Shown: positions 23,211 to 32,690 of the stretch, in pieces
Layout: each line of letters opens with the position of its first letter
How positions within the stretch are numbered: the stretch's first letter is position 1
Origin: a virus
Virus record (IMG/VR): IMGVR_UViG_3300045988_175656
DNA length: 64,000 nt
Reading direction: 5' to 3' (one strand)
The notes under the pieces: generated by a model
Databases searched by the model: none
What the model saw: only the letters and a program-made list of their open reading frames with translations
What the model was told of the DNA's origin: nothing
Program-made: the position numbers and the translations under genes

Positions 23211-23708
23211 ATGAAAGATAATAGATATGAATGGCGTATGTACAGTCTTGTAATGTACAACATATCAAGTATGCAAAAAGGTGTTCAAACGGCTCATGTT
23301 GTTTTAGAATATGCAAACCGATATAAAGATGATAATGATTTAAAAGAATATATTCAACATGATAAAACGTTGATTATTCTTGATGGTGGTACATCACTTG
23401 ATTTAAAACAATTGTTTGATAATTTATGTGAAAATGATATTAAGTTTGCTCATTTTGTTGAGCCTGATTTAAATGATGCAATTTCATCAGTTTGCTTTTT
23501 GGCAGATGAAAGGGTATGGGATAGAAAAAATTACCCTGATTATAACGATTGGCTGTATGTAAATGGTCATGTTATAGAAATTATGACATCATATCCATCA
23601 AAAGAACTTGTTAATGAAAAATTATATAAAGATTGGGTGGAGTTTATTGGTGGTGAAAAAAACGTTTATTTGAGAGAAATAATAACAGGAAAAAGATTAT
23701 CAATGTAA
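23211..23708 (+). CDS. hypothetical protein, weak peptidyl-tRNA hydrolase PTH2-like pattern
   Basis: MQKGVQTAHVVLEYA ... LIILDGGTSLDLKQL ... FVEPDL loosely follows the PTH2 layout. Not verified. Confidence 0.45.
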   Translation: MKDNRYEWRMYSLVMYNISSMQKGVQTAHVVLEYANRYKDDNDLKEYIQHDKTLIILDGGTSLDLKQLFDNLCENDIKFAHFVEPDLNDAISSVCFLADERVWDRKNYPDYNDWLYVNGHVIEIMTSYPSKELVNEKLYKDWVEFIGGEKNVYLREIITGKRLSM

Positions 23709-23965
23709 TGAATGATATAATTCTTTGTGATTTATGGGATGAAGAAGATGGTATTTATGTTCAATTTGATGATGATTTTGATATAACTTCAAATGAATAT
23801 AGAGATATTTTTAATAAATTGATTAATGAATTGGGTTATGATGAAAGTGGAAGTCATGAATTATTTTATTCGTGTAGTGAACCATCTTGGAGTGACCTTT
23901 CAGATGTTAGGGAAGAAGTCACAAAAGCAATAACTGATTTAGGATATAGAATAGAATGGCTGTAA
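23708..23965 (+). CDS. hypothetical acidic protein
   Basis: ORF track only. Confidence 0.5.
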   Translation: MNDIILCDLWDEEDGIYVQFDDDFDITSNEYRDIFNKLINELGYDESGSHELFYSCSEPSWSDLSDVREEVTKAITDLGYRIEWL

Positions 23966-24765
23966 ATATGAATGCTCCAATAAAATATTTTGGTGGAAAA
24001 GGGCAAATGTTCAATAAAATAATTGAACATTTTCCTGATTCGTCAACTTATGATACATACATAGAACCTTTTGGTGGCTCTTTTTCAATTGGATTGAAAA
24101 AGCCTAATGAAACACCTATCGAAATTTATAATGATTTAGAGAAAAATGTTTATTCATTATATAAAGTGTTATCAGATAAAGAATTATTTGAACAATTTAA
24201 AATTAAATGCGATTTATCTTATTATATAGCTGATTTAAGAAATGAATATAGGGATAAACTAAAATCAGATGATTTATCTTTACTTGATAGAGCGTTTTAT
24301 TTCTTTTATGTAAATAGGACTTCTCATAATGGTATTGGTGGCTTATCTGTTAATACTGTTGTTAGACGAAATATGTGTAAGTCTGTATCAGATATGCTTA
24401 GTTGTATTGATAGATTACCTGAATTACATCAGAGATTATCCAAATGTATATTTCTAAATCAAGATGGGATTAACTTGATAGAGAAATATAATAAAGAAAA
24501 TGTGTTTATATACAGTGACCCACCTTATGAATGGTCAACTAGAACATCTGTTAGATATAAGGTTGATATGGATAGAGAAGGTCATTTAAAATTCATAGAT
24601 GCTTGTTTGAATAGTAAAGCTAAAATATTAATTAGTGGATATGATTGCGAAATATATGATGCTTTAACTGATGCTAATTTCACTAAAATTAAATTTGAAG
24701 TGAATACTATTGGTGGAAATATGAAACCTAAAACTAAAGTTGAAACATTGTGGAAAAATTATTAA
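23956..24765 (+). CDS. dam: DNA N6-adenine methyltransferase (Dam/D12 class)
   Basis: N-terminal IKYFGGKGQM and catalytic IYSDPPYEWS (DPPY) motifs. Confidence 0.85.
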   Translation: MAVNMNAPIKYFGGKGQMFNKIIEHFPDSSTYDTYIEPFGGSFSIGLKKPNETPIEIYNDLEKNVYSLYKVLSDKELFEQFKIKCDLSYYIADLRNEYRDKLKSDDLSLLDRAFYFFYVNRTSHNGIGGLSVNTVVRRNMCKSVSDMLSCIDRLPELHQRLSKCIFLNQDGINLIEKYNKENVFIYSDPPYEWSTRTSVRYKVDMDREGHLKFIDACLNSKAKILISGYDCEIYDALTDANFTKIKFEVNTIGGNMKPKTKVETLWKNY

Positions 24766-24768
24766 ATT

Positions 24769-25275
24769 ATGATTAATACTGAGAAAAAACTATATAGAAA
24801 GGTTAATAGAAAATCTTCTTATCAAGTTCGTTGTATTGAAACTAAAAAAGTGCATTATAGATGGTCACGTCACACAAAAAAGAGTAAACAACAAGCTATG
24901 GATGGTGTGACTAAGACTTCAATGAAAAGTGGAAAAAAAGGTAGTATTACAAATGGGTATGATTATACTCCATTATTTCATTATTTATTAAAACAAGTTG
25001 GACGTAAATGGGATAAAGTATATTCAGAAGTAATACCACGTCTTAATACTACTATACCAATATTTTGGATGGTAGATATAAACAATTGTGATGAATCAGA
25101 ATATTGTAGGAGTGGTGAAGGGTCTTATTTTAGTAGATTATATGTTGATAATGATGGTATATTGCGTAAAGTCAATCCGAATTTAAGTAATGTTTCTCCA
25201 AGTTGTGATTGTCATACCCAAACATTTAATGGTAATGTTATTGGTAATAAAAATTATAATAAGACATGGCGGTAA
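24769..25275 (+). CDS. hypothetical protein
   Basis: ORF track only. Confidence 0.55.
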   Translation: MINTEKKLYRKVNRKSSYQVRCIETKKVHYRWSRHTKKSKQQAMDGVTKTSMKSGKKGSITNGYDYTPLFHYLLKQVGRKWDKVYSEVIPRLNTTIPIFWMVDINNCDESEYCRSGEGSYFSRLYVDNDGILRKVNPNLSNVSPSCDCHTQTFNGNVIGNKNYNKTWR

Positions 25276-25640
25276 TTGTTTATAATAAAAATCATGAAGA
25301 ACATTATGGTGATAATGTATTTTATATAGGTCGTGGCAGTGTGTTTGGTAATCCTTTTACGCATATAAAGGATAGAGAAACAAAAGCAGTTTTTGTAGTT
25401 GAAAACAGAGATAAAGCAATTGATTTATATGAACCATTATTTGATAAAATGTACGAATGTGATGAAGAGTTCAAGAATGAATTTGATAAAATGTATGAAA
25501 TGTATAAAGAAGGACAAGATATTTATCTTGGTTGTTATTGTAAGCCATTACGATGTCATGGCGATATTATAGAAAAAAAGCTCATTCAATTTTCAATGAA
25601 AGAGAAAATTAAACGAGCTATGAAAGAAAGAAGAAAATAA
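25266..25640 (+). CDS. DUF4326-domain protein
   Basis: Signature FYIGRGSVFGNPF ... GCYCKPLRCHGDII. Confidence 0.7.
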   Translation: MAVIVYNKNHEEHYGDNVFYIGRGSVFGNPFTHIKDRETKAVFVVENRDKAIDLYEPLFDKMYECDEEFKNEFDKMYEMYKEGQDIYLGCYCKPLRCHGDIIEKKLIQFSMKEKIKRAMKERRK

Positions 25641-25643
25641 CAT

Positions 25644-25952
25644 TTAGAAAAACGGATTATCTTTTAAAGCATTAATAATATTTTCGCATTTTTTGCATTC
25701 ATCAATAAATGACATTGCTTGTTCATCAGTTAATTCAAACCATTCGTTTTTTATATTATCTGAATGAAATCTATGATGTAACATAGATTCAACTTTATAA
25801 GGATTTTCAGTTTCATAATAATTGCAGATATGTAGTTCTGAAGAATTACCTGTCTGCAATTCTTTTTTACGCTTATCTACAATATTTTTAGTAACACCAA
25901 TTTTATATGCATTAACCTTATCTAAATCACAAATTAAATATACGAATCCCAT
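25644..25952 (-). CDS. T5orf172/MUG113 (GIY-YIG-like) domain protein
   Basis: GFVYLI...YKIGVTKN...LQTGN...LHHRF...NEWFELT pattern; one of the few minus-strand genes. Confidence 0.7.
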   Translation of the reverse strand: MGFVYLICDLDKVNAYKIGVTKNIVDKRKKELQTGNSSELHICNYYETENPYKVESMLHHRFHSDNIKNEWFELTDEQAMSFIDECKKCENIINALKDNPFF

Positions 25953-26012
25953 TTCCTTTATTATTATATGTTAATAATATAATATTTATTGTAATAAAAG
26001 TCAATAGGAAAA

Positions 26013-26387
26013 ATGAAGAAAATAAAAGATTTTTTAGTTAATTTATGTGAAAAAATAAAAAATTCTTACAAACATCAAAGATTTCATGTGTTTATTGGGA
26101 TTATTGTACCATTATTTTTATGGATAATTGGTTTTAGTTTCATATTATCATTGTTATGTGGTGCTCTTGCTGGTTTGTTAGAAGAAATTATATATTGTTA
26201 TGCTCCTTTGAAATCTATTAAAGTGTGGAAATGGTGTATAAAAGTTCCAGATTTTAAGAAATGGAAAGAAGAATTTAAAAATGGAAGTATCAAAACTAAA
26301 CATAGTTTTGAAAACGAGAATTATAAATATAATTTTGTTGGTTTGTTTGCTTTTGTTATTATAATAATATTACTTAAATTGTTATAA
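26013..26387 (+). CDS. membrane protein
   Basis: Hydrophobic segments HVFIGIIVPLFLWIIGFSFILSLLCGALAGLL and VGLFAFVIIIILLKLL. Confidence 0.55.
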   Translation: MKKIKDFLVNLCEKIKNSYKHQRFHVFIGIIVPLFLWIIGFSFILSLLCGALAGLLEEIIYCYAPLKSIKVWKWCIKVPDFKKWKEEFKNGSIKTKHSFENENYKYNFVGLFAFVIIIILLKLL

Positions 26388-26391
26388 TGTT

Positions 26392-29300
26392 ATGGATGAT
26401 AAAGTAATTTTATTAAATTCAAATGAGGTTGTTGATACAAACCCAAAATTATTAAATCCTGATAATGTGCAATATGGTGAGTTAGGTGTTAATTACCATA
26501 AAGGCATAGAAACCATTTCAACTAAAAATGATGAAAATGGTATTGCTGAATTTGTACCTTATTCAGTTTATGATGAAGCTATTGATAACATTCAGAATGA
26601 AGTCTTTTATGAAACTGACGAGCCTATTGGAAAAACAGGTGATGTTTGGATTTATAAAATACCACCTATACCTATGATGATAGAGTATAATGTATTGGCT
26701 GATGATTTATCAGTACAATTACCAATATCAGGAAATGTCAACTGTGATATTGAGTGGGGTGATGGCTCTAAAGAAAGTGTAAATAGTAATTATCCAACTC
26801 ATTCATATATAAGGGCAGGTGTATATGTTGTAAAAATAGTAGGCGATTTTAATCGTTTGTATAGGGGTTCTACTAACATTAGTAAAATATTGAATTGGGG
26901 AAATAGTAATATGTCATTAGTTACAGTTGAACAAGCATTTTCTAGCTATGCGAATTTGACTGAAGTTGCTGGTGATGAATTTGGTATTTTATCAAGAGTT
27001 CAAAGTTTTCTTCGTACATTCTTTAATTGTTCAAAATTAACAACAGTATCAGAAGATTTATTTAAATATTGTAATGCTGCAACTAATTTTTCAGGGACGT
27101 TTTTAAATTGTGCATCTTTAAGTGCAATAACTGATAATTTATTTATAAATTGCTATAATGCAACTAATTTTAGTCAAGTTTTTCAAGGCTGCAAATCTTT
27201 AACTAATATTCCAAATAATTTATTTGCCAATTGCATAAATGCAACAAATTTTAATAATATATTTAATGGATGTTCTAATTTAACATCTATTCCTGAAGAT
27301 TTATTCAAAAATAATATAAATGCAAGTACATTTGTTAGTGCATTTGATAGTTGTTCAGGATTAACAAGTTCAATACCTGAAAAGTTATTTGAAACCAATA
27401 TAAATGCAACTAACTTTACTAGAACTTTTTATTCTTGTACTAATTTGACAGGCGTTATTCCTGAAAATTTATTTAGTAATTGCGTAAATGCAAATAATTT
27501 CACATATACTTTTGGTTTATGTAGAAATTTATCAGGTAATATTCCAAATGGATTATTTAAAAATTGCCCTAATGTTACAACATTTAGTCAAACATTTTTT
27601 AATTGTTCAGGGTTAACAGGAATGTTACCATCTGGTTTATTTGTTGATAAGCCAGAAGTTTTGACATTATATCAAACATTTCAAAATTGTGTAAATATTA
27701 ATGGTATTGCTGAAGGATGTTTTGATAGTATGACTAAATTGAATAATTGTCAATCAACATTCAATGGTTGTACAAGTTTAACTTCAATACCAGAAACATT
27801 ATTTAACAATAACAAAGAAATTACCAACTTTACTACAATGTTTCAGGGTTGTACAGGTTTGACAGGTAACACACCAACAACTGATGGTTTACAATTATGG
27901 GAAAGAGCAGGACAAACAGGTTATCCATCAACAATAACAGGTGATGGATGTTTTTGTCGTGACACTAATTTAAATAGATACCATATAATAGACCCAGTTT
28001 GGCGTTGTAATGAAACTTTTCCAATGATATTGGAATATACTACAACTGCTGCAAATGAAACTATTACGTTACCAATATCAGGTAGTGGTGGACTTAGTTG
28101 TACTGTTAATTGGGGAGATGGCTCAACAGAAACAATTACTAGAAGTAGACCAACTCACAGTTATAGTAGTATAGGAGTACATCAAGTTTCAATTTATGGT
28201 AGTTTTCCTCAATTATATAGGAGTTCAGCTAACATAACAAAAGTGATTAGTTGGGGTTATGGCAATCAATATTTACGAAGTTTAGATAGTGCATTTTTAT
28301 CTTGTACTAAATTAGTTTCAATACCAGATGATAAGTATGAACAATTTACTAATGTTACAAGGTTTTATAGTGCATTTAATGGGTGTTCAAATTTAGTTTC
28401 AATACCAGAAAATTTGTTTAAATATGGAATTAACATACAAACTTTTCAAGGGGTATTTGATAGTTGTACAAGTTTAACTTCAATACCAGAAACATTATTT
28501 GATGCTTGTGTGAATGCTGAATTTTTTATAAATGTATTTAGTCGTTGTACTAAAATAAATGAAATACCAGAAAATTTATTTAAACATTGTTCTAATGCTA
28601 CAATGTTTGATAATGTATTCAGTGGTTGTACAAATATAACAAATATACCACCTACATTATTTAGTAATAATATTAAAGCCACTAGATTTTATGCTGCATT
28701 TTATGGCTGTACAAAATTACAGTCAATACCTGAGAATCTATTTGAAACTAATATTGAAGTTACTTCCTTTAGTAATACTTTTTATGGTTGTACAAATATA
28801 TTGAATATACCTGAGAAATTATTTTCAAATAATACTAAAGTTACTGGTTTTAGTGAAACTTTTAGGCAATGTACAAGAATAACAATAATACCTGAAAAAT
28901 TGTTTGTTAACAATGTTGAAGCTACTGATTTTAGTAATACTTTCTATGGGTGTACATATTTAAAATTAATTCCTGAGAATTTGTTTATGAATTGTACAAA
29001 AGTGAGTAAATTTGATGGTGCATTTTATGCATGTTCAAGTTTAACAGGCTCTATTCCTGAAAATTTATTTATGAATTGTAAAGAAGTTACTACATTTGAC
29101 TATACATTTTGGAATTGTTCAGGTTTGACTTCAATACCTGAAAATCTATTTGTTAATTGTCCAAAAGTTACGACATTTGAAAGAACTTTTCATCAATGTA
29201 GGAATATAATAAGTTCGATACCTGAAAATCTATTTAAAAATAATATTAATGTAATAAATTTTGATTCTACTTTTTTGAGTTGTTCAGGATTAACAGGTTC

Positions 29301-30186
29301 AATACCTGAAAATCTATTTGTTAATTGTCCAAATGTAACTACATTTAGTAGTACATTTGCTGGTTGTTCAGGTTTAATTGGTTCAATTCCTGAAAATCTA
29401 TTTATTAATTGTTCAAAAGTTACAACATTTTATAATACATTTAGTAATTGTTCAGGTTTAACAGGGTCTATTCCTGAGAATCTATTTATAAATTGTACAG
29501 GAGTTACTACATTTCAAAGTACGTTTGGCAAATGTTCAGGTTTAACAGGCTCAATACCAGAAAACTTGTTTGCAAGTTGTACAGGAGTCACAACATTTCA
29601 AGAAACATTTAGTGGTTGTTCTAATTTGAATGGAGAAATACCAGGTAGATTATTTAGAAATAATGTAAATGTTACTAGATTTGATGGTACATTTAATGGT
29701 TGTTATAGAATTACATCAATATCAGAAGAATTATTTAAGTATAATACAAATGTGGTAGTCTTTACAAGTACATTTAATGGTTGTTTAGGTTTAACATCAA
29801 TTCCTGGAAATTTGTTTATGAACAACATTAATGTGACAAATTTTGGATTTACGTTTGCTTCTTGTCCTAATATTATTGAAATTCCTGAAAATTTGTTTAA
29901 ATACAATATAAAAGCAACAAACTTTGAACGTGTATTTTATGGTTTAACTAAATTACAAACTATACCAAATAATGTTTTTGATTATAATAAAAATGGGGTA
30001 TCTTTTACAAGAACATTTGAGAATTGTTCAGGTTTGACAGGTAATACACCAACAGGTACAGATGGATTGGAACTTTGGGAAAGAGCAGGACAACCTGGTT
30101 ATCCATCTTCAATTTATGGGACACAATGTTTTTCTAGAGCAACTAGATTAACTAATTATAGTTCTATACCAACTGGATGGAAATAA
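26392..30186 (+). CDS. giant BspA-like leucine-rich-repeat protein (probable receptor-binding or surface protein), internally duplicated
   Basis: Dozens of ~25-aa repeats of the type N(A/V)TNFxxxFxGCxxLTxIPENLF. There are two modules. Each opens with a PKD-like W-G-D-G-S...P-T-H-S-Y stretch and closes with TPT..DGL(Q/E)LWERAGQ(T/P)GYPS. Confidence 0.85.
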   Translation: MDDKVILLNSNEVVDTNPKLLNPDNVQYGELGVNYHKGIETISTKNDENGIAEFVPYSVYDEAIDNIQNEVFYETDEPIGKTGDVWIYKIPPIPMMIEYNVLADDLSVQLPISGNVNCDIEWGDGSKESVNSNYPTHSYIRAGVYVVKIVGDFNRLYRGSTNISKILNWGNSNMSLVTVEQAFSSYANLTEVAGDEFGILSRVQSFLRTFFNCSKLTTVSEDLFKYCNAATNFSGTFLNCASLSAITDNLFINCYNATNFSQVFQGCKSLTNIPNNLFANCINATNFNNIFNGCSNLTSIPEDLFKNNINASTFVSAFDSCSGLTSSIPEKLFETNINATNFTRTFYSCTNLTGVIPENLFSNCVNANNFTYTFGLCRNLSGNIPNGLFKNCPNVTTFSQTFFNCSGLTGMLPSGLFVDKPEVLTLYQTFQNCVNINGIAEGCFDSMTKLNNCQSTFNGCTSLTSIPETLFNNNKEITNFTTMFQGCTGLTGNTPTTDGLQLWERAGQTGYPSTITGDGCFCRDTNLNRYHIIDPVWRCNETFPMILEYTTTAANETITLPISGSGGLSCTVNWGDGSTETITRSRPTHSYSSIGVHQVSIYGSFPQLYRSSANITKVISWGYGNQYLRSLDSAFLSCTKLVSIPDDKYEQFTNVTRFYSAFNGCSNLVSIPENLFKYGINIQTFQGVFDSCTSLTSIPETLFDACVNAEFFINVFSRCTKINEIPENLFKHCSNATMFDNVFSGCTNITNIPPTLFSNNIKATRFYAAFYGCTKLQSIPENLFETNIEVTSFSNTFYGCTNILNIPEKLFSNNTKVTGFSETFRQCTRITIIPEKLFVNNVEATDFSNTFYGCTYLKLIPENLFMNCTKVSKFDGAFYACSSLTGSIPENLFMNCKEVTTFDYTFWNCSGLTSIPENLFVNCPKVTTFERTFHQCRNIISSIPENLFKNNINVINFDSTFLSCSGLTGSIPENLFVNCPNVTTFSSTFAGCSGLIGSIPENLFINCSKVTTFYNTFSNCSGLTGSIPENLFINCTGVTTFQSTFGKCSGLTGSIPENLFASCTGVTTFQETFSGCSNLNGEIPGRLFRNNVNVTRFDGTFNGCYRITSISEELFKYNTNVVVFTSTFNGCLGLTSIPGNLFMNNINVTNFGFTFASCPNIIEIPENLFKYNIKATNFERVFYGLTKLQTIPNNVFDYNKNGVSFTRTFENCSGLTGNTPTGTDGLELWERAGQPGYPSSIYGTQCFSRATRLTNYSSIPTGWK

Positions 30187-30206
30187 AATTTGTTATTATC
30201 AAAAAT

Positions 30207-30225
30207 AAGTTGTATATTTGCAAAA
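30207..30225 (+). promoter_or_regulatory. Bacteroidota-type promoter
   Basis: aagttgtatatttgcaaaa consensus copy. Confidence 0.6.
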
Positions 30226-30236
30226 ACTAACAAAAT

Positions 30237-30380
30237 ATGAAACATTATCTATTAACCAAAATAATACAACTTTCACATAATATCAAATGGTTTATGTATG
30301 ATATAAAGTACAATTCCATGTTATGTATTCAATATTTTGAAAATTTATTATTGATATGTTTAGGAATACATTACTCTTAA
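30237..30380 (+). CDS. possible small ORF (47 aa) between promoter and terminator
   Basis: Hand-translated MKHYLLTKIIQLSHNIKWFMYD... No motif; the transcript could instead be non-coding. Confidence 0.25.
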   Translation: MKHYLLTKIIQLSHNIKWFMYDIKYNSMLCIQYFENLLLICLGIHYS

Positions 30381-30390
30381 CATAAATTAA

Positions 30391-30418
30391 CGAGAATCAT
30401 TTGTGGTTCTCGTTTTTT
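30391..30418 (+). terminator. rho-independent terminator (part of the repeated cassette)
   Basis: Stem cgagaatc/ggttctcg followed by tttttt. Confidence 0.7.
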
Positions 30419-30438
30419 ATTTCTATATTTGCAGTATG
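30405..30438 (+). repeat. Terminator-tail plus promoter cassette, copy 2 (identical to 1-34)
   Basis: Exact 34-nt match to the window start; includes the -7 box tatatttg at 30424-30431. Confidence 0.8.
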
Positions 30439-31335
30439 AAAAATGAAAATAATATTAATAACATTAAATATATGAGACAAGATTTTGAAGCAATAGTTCC
30501 TTTAATTAGAACACTTTGGAGAGAGTATTTAGTAAAACATAATATTAAATCAGTTGTAAATGGTGTTAGTGGTGGCTTGGATAGTGCAATTAATTGTGTG
30601 CTATTGAAGCCTGTGTGTGATGACTTGGGAATCCCTCTTATTGGAAGATATATCCATATCGAAACTAATAAAGAAGAGGAACAAAAACGTGCTGAAGCAA
30701 TTGGCAAATATTTTTGTACCGATTTTCAATCTATTGATATGACCGAAATATATTTAACAATGTTACCTAAAATAGAAGAAACTGGTCACATTATATATGT
30801 GGGTGATAATGCTTCTACAATGGAATATAAGCGTAAAATTAAACGAGGTAATATTAAAGCTCGTTTAAGAATGATTAAATTGCGTGACCTTGTGGCTGAA
30901 AATGATGGCTTATTGGTTGATAATGATAATAGAACTGAACATGAACTTGGTTTTTTTACATTAGATGGCGATGTGGGAGATGTTACTCCATTAGCAGATT
31001 TGTTTAAAACAGAAGTATTTGCTTTATCAAGATTTATATTAACTACTCTTGTATCAGAGGAAGAAAGAAAAGCTTTACAAGATGTAATAGATGCTGTTCC
31101 CACAGATGGTCTTGGTATTACATCATCTGATGTTGAACAGTTTGGTGCAAAGAGTTATGATGAAGTTGATGATATATTAATGAATATGCTTGGATATATT
31201 GAAAATCCTCTTCTTACTTTTGAAGATTTGTATTATAAGATGTTGAATAAATACAATGATGTGTTTATTAAAGTGTGGAGTAGACACTTAAATTCAGAAT
31301 TTAAAAGAAATTACCCATATCGTTTTAAACTTTAA
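30436..31335 (+). CDS. nadE: NH3-dependent NAD+ synthetase
   Basis: PP-loop VSGGLDSA and NadE-like length. The GTG at 30403 is rejected because it lies inside the terminator/promoter. The alternative start ATG 30472 is possible because the -7 box is only ~5 nt upstream of 30436. Confidence 0.8.
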   Translation: MKNENNINNIKYMRQDFEAIVPLIRTLWREYLVKHNIKSVVNGVSGGLDSAINCVLLKPVCDDLGIPLIGRYIHIETNKEEEQKRAEAIGKYFCTDFQSIDMTEIYLTMLPKIEETGHIIYVGDNASTMEYKRKIKRGNIKARLRMIKLRDLVAENDGLLVDNDNRTEHELGFFTLDGDVGDVTPLADLFKTEVFALSRFILTTLVSEEERKALQDVIDAVPTDGLGITSSDVEQFGAKSYDEVDDILMNMLGYIENPLLTFEDLYYKMLNKYNDVFIKVWSRHLNSEFKRNYPYRFKL

Positions 31336-31368
31336 AAATTGTTAATAAAGTTTGTATAATCAATATAT

Positions 31369-31387
31369 TAGTCGTATATTTGCATAA
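31369..31387 (+). promoter_or_regulatory. Bacteroidota-type promoter
   Basis: tagtcgtatatttgcataa consensus copy. Confidence 0.6.
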
Positions 31388-31403
31388 ATAATATGTTTAA
31401 TAT

Positions 31404-32603
31404 ATGATAATGATTGATTATTCAAACTGTGATATGACAATTGATGAATTGTCTGCACAATCCAATGTTAGTAAAGAAGAATTAATTACTGATATTGCTA
31501 AAAAATACAATAAGAGTGTTATAGAAGTTAATAATTGGATTAAGATTGGTAAAGGTAATATAAAAGTTGCCATAGATATTTTAGAAGGGTTATCAAAATA
31601 TAAAAGAAATGATGATACTGACCATGAAATTAAAGCTGTTAATTGGGATAAGTATCATGTTTTAATGAAGAAAAATAAGGAAGAAAAAAATGAATCTGAA
31701 GTTCATGATAATAAATTTGAAAAGGCTAAAGAGGGTGTAATTAATTGGGATAAATACTTAAATCATGACCAAAATGGTGTTAGTGATGAAACCAAAAAAA
31801 TTGCTGAGATGTTAAATTCTAATGCAAAAGTGTGGGAAGATTTTTTTAATCCAAAATATACATCTGATTTAAAAAAAGATATTGCCACAAAAGTATTTGA
31901 AGGTAAATACTCCTATGATGACATTTTAAAGGATGATTTTCAAAAAACAAGTGAGGATGTTAATTCTTTAAAATTTTTAAAAAATAGTAAACAATATTTT
32001 GAACCTGTTGATAACAAATTAGAAGATTCTGAATCAAAAGATATTGTAAGTCAAGTAAAAAGGAAAAAATATGTGATGTCTCAAAAAGATGAAACATCTC
32101 CTGTTTATTTGAAGATGGATAATGGTGAATTAATTGGACCATTTTATCGTAATAAAAATCATGAAAAAACAGCATTAGATGCTTTTTCTAAAGAAATAAT
32201 GTATAGTGAAATAAGAAATTTGATTAAAAAATATCCTAATATTGAAGATATTATCAAAGAAGTTAGAGAAGAATTAACAAAAAAACATCAAGAAAATATT
32301 ATTAATGAGGGAACTGTTTATACAACAGAAGAAGTCTTTAATATGAAGAAAGATAAATCAGCTTTTGATAAAGTAGATTTGAAAAGGTCAAAAGAAATTA
32401 TGGACGCTAATAGTATCAATAAAGGCGTTAAAGTTTATTCAAATGATGAATTATATCAAATGATTGAAAATTTAACAACAGAAGTAAATGCTCTTGCTGC
32501 TGAAATTGGGGTTAAATTAAATCCATATAGTTTTATTAATGAGCAATCTGATACAAAACAAAATTTAAAAGAGATAGTATTGAAAATAATTGAAAAAATA
32601 TGA
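31404..32603 (+). CDS. hypothetical K/E-rich protein
   Basis: ORF track only. Confidence 0.6.
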   Translation: MIMIDYSNCDMTIDELSAQSNVSKEELITDIAKKYNKSVIEVNNWIKIGKGNIKVAIDILEGLSKYKRNDDTDHEIKAVNWDKYHVLMKKNKEEKNESEVHDNKFEKAKEGVINWDKYLNHDQNGVSDETKKIAEMLNSNAKVWEDFFNPKYTSDLKKDIATKVFEGKYSYDDILKDDFQKTSEDVNSLKFLKNSKQYFEPVDNKLEDSESKDIVSQVKRKKYVMSQKDETSPVYLKMDNGELIGPFYRNKNHEKTALDAFSKEIMYSEIRNLIKKYPNIEDIIKEVREELTKKHQENIINEGTVYTTEEVFNMKKDKSAFDKVDLKRSKEIMDANSINKGVKVYSNDELYQMIENLTTEVNALAAEIGVKLNPYSFINEQSDTKQNLKEIVLKIIEKI

Positions 32604-32690
32604 TAGAAAAAGATAATCAAGTTGGAATCACTGAAACATTCTAAATGAAATTTTTAAAATTCATATTATTTATATATAAAATGTGATAAT

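Noticed and set aside
26392-30186. Antisense or alternative-frame ORFs inside long genes. Examples: 27183-27398(-), 28446-28682(-), 29703-29906(-), 30423-30707(-), 30786-31103(-), 41521-41754(-), 41839-42162(-), 57458-57691(+) and 58076-58408(+).
   Set aside because: They are embedded in genes with strong family signatures on the other strand or frame. This is typical shadow-ORF behaviour in repeat-rich or biased sequence.
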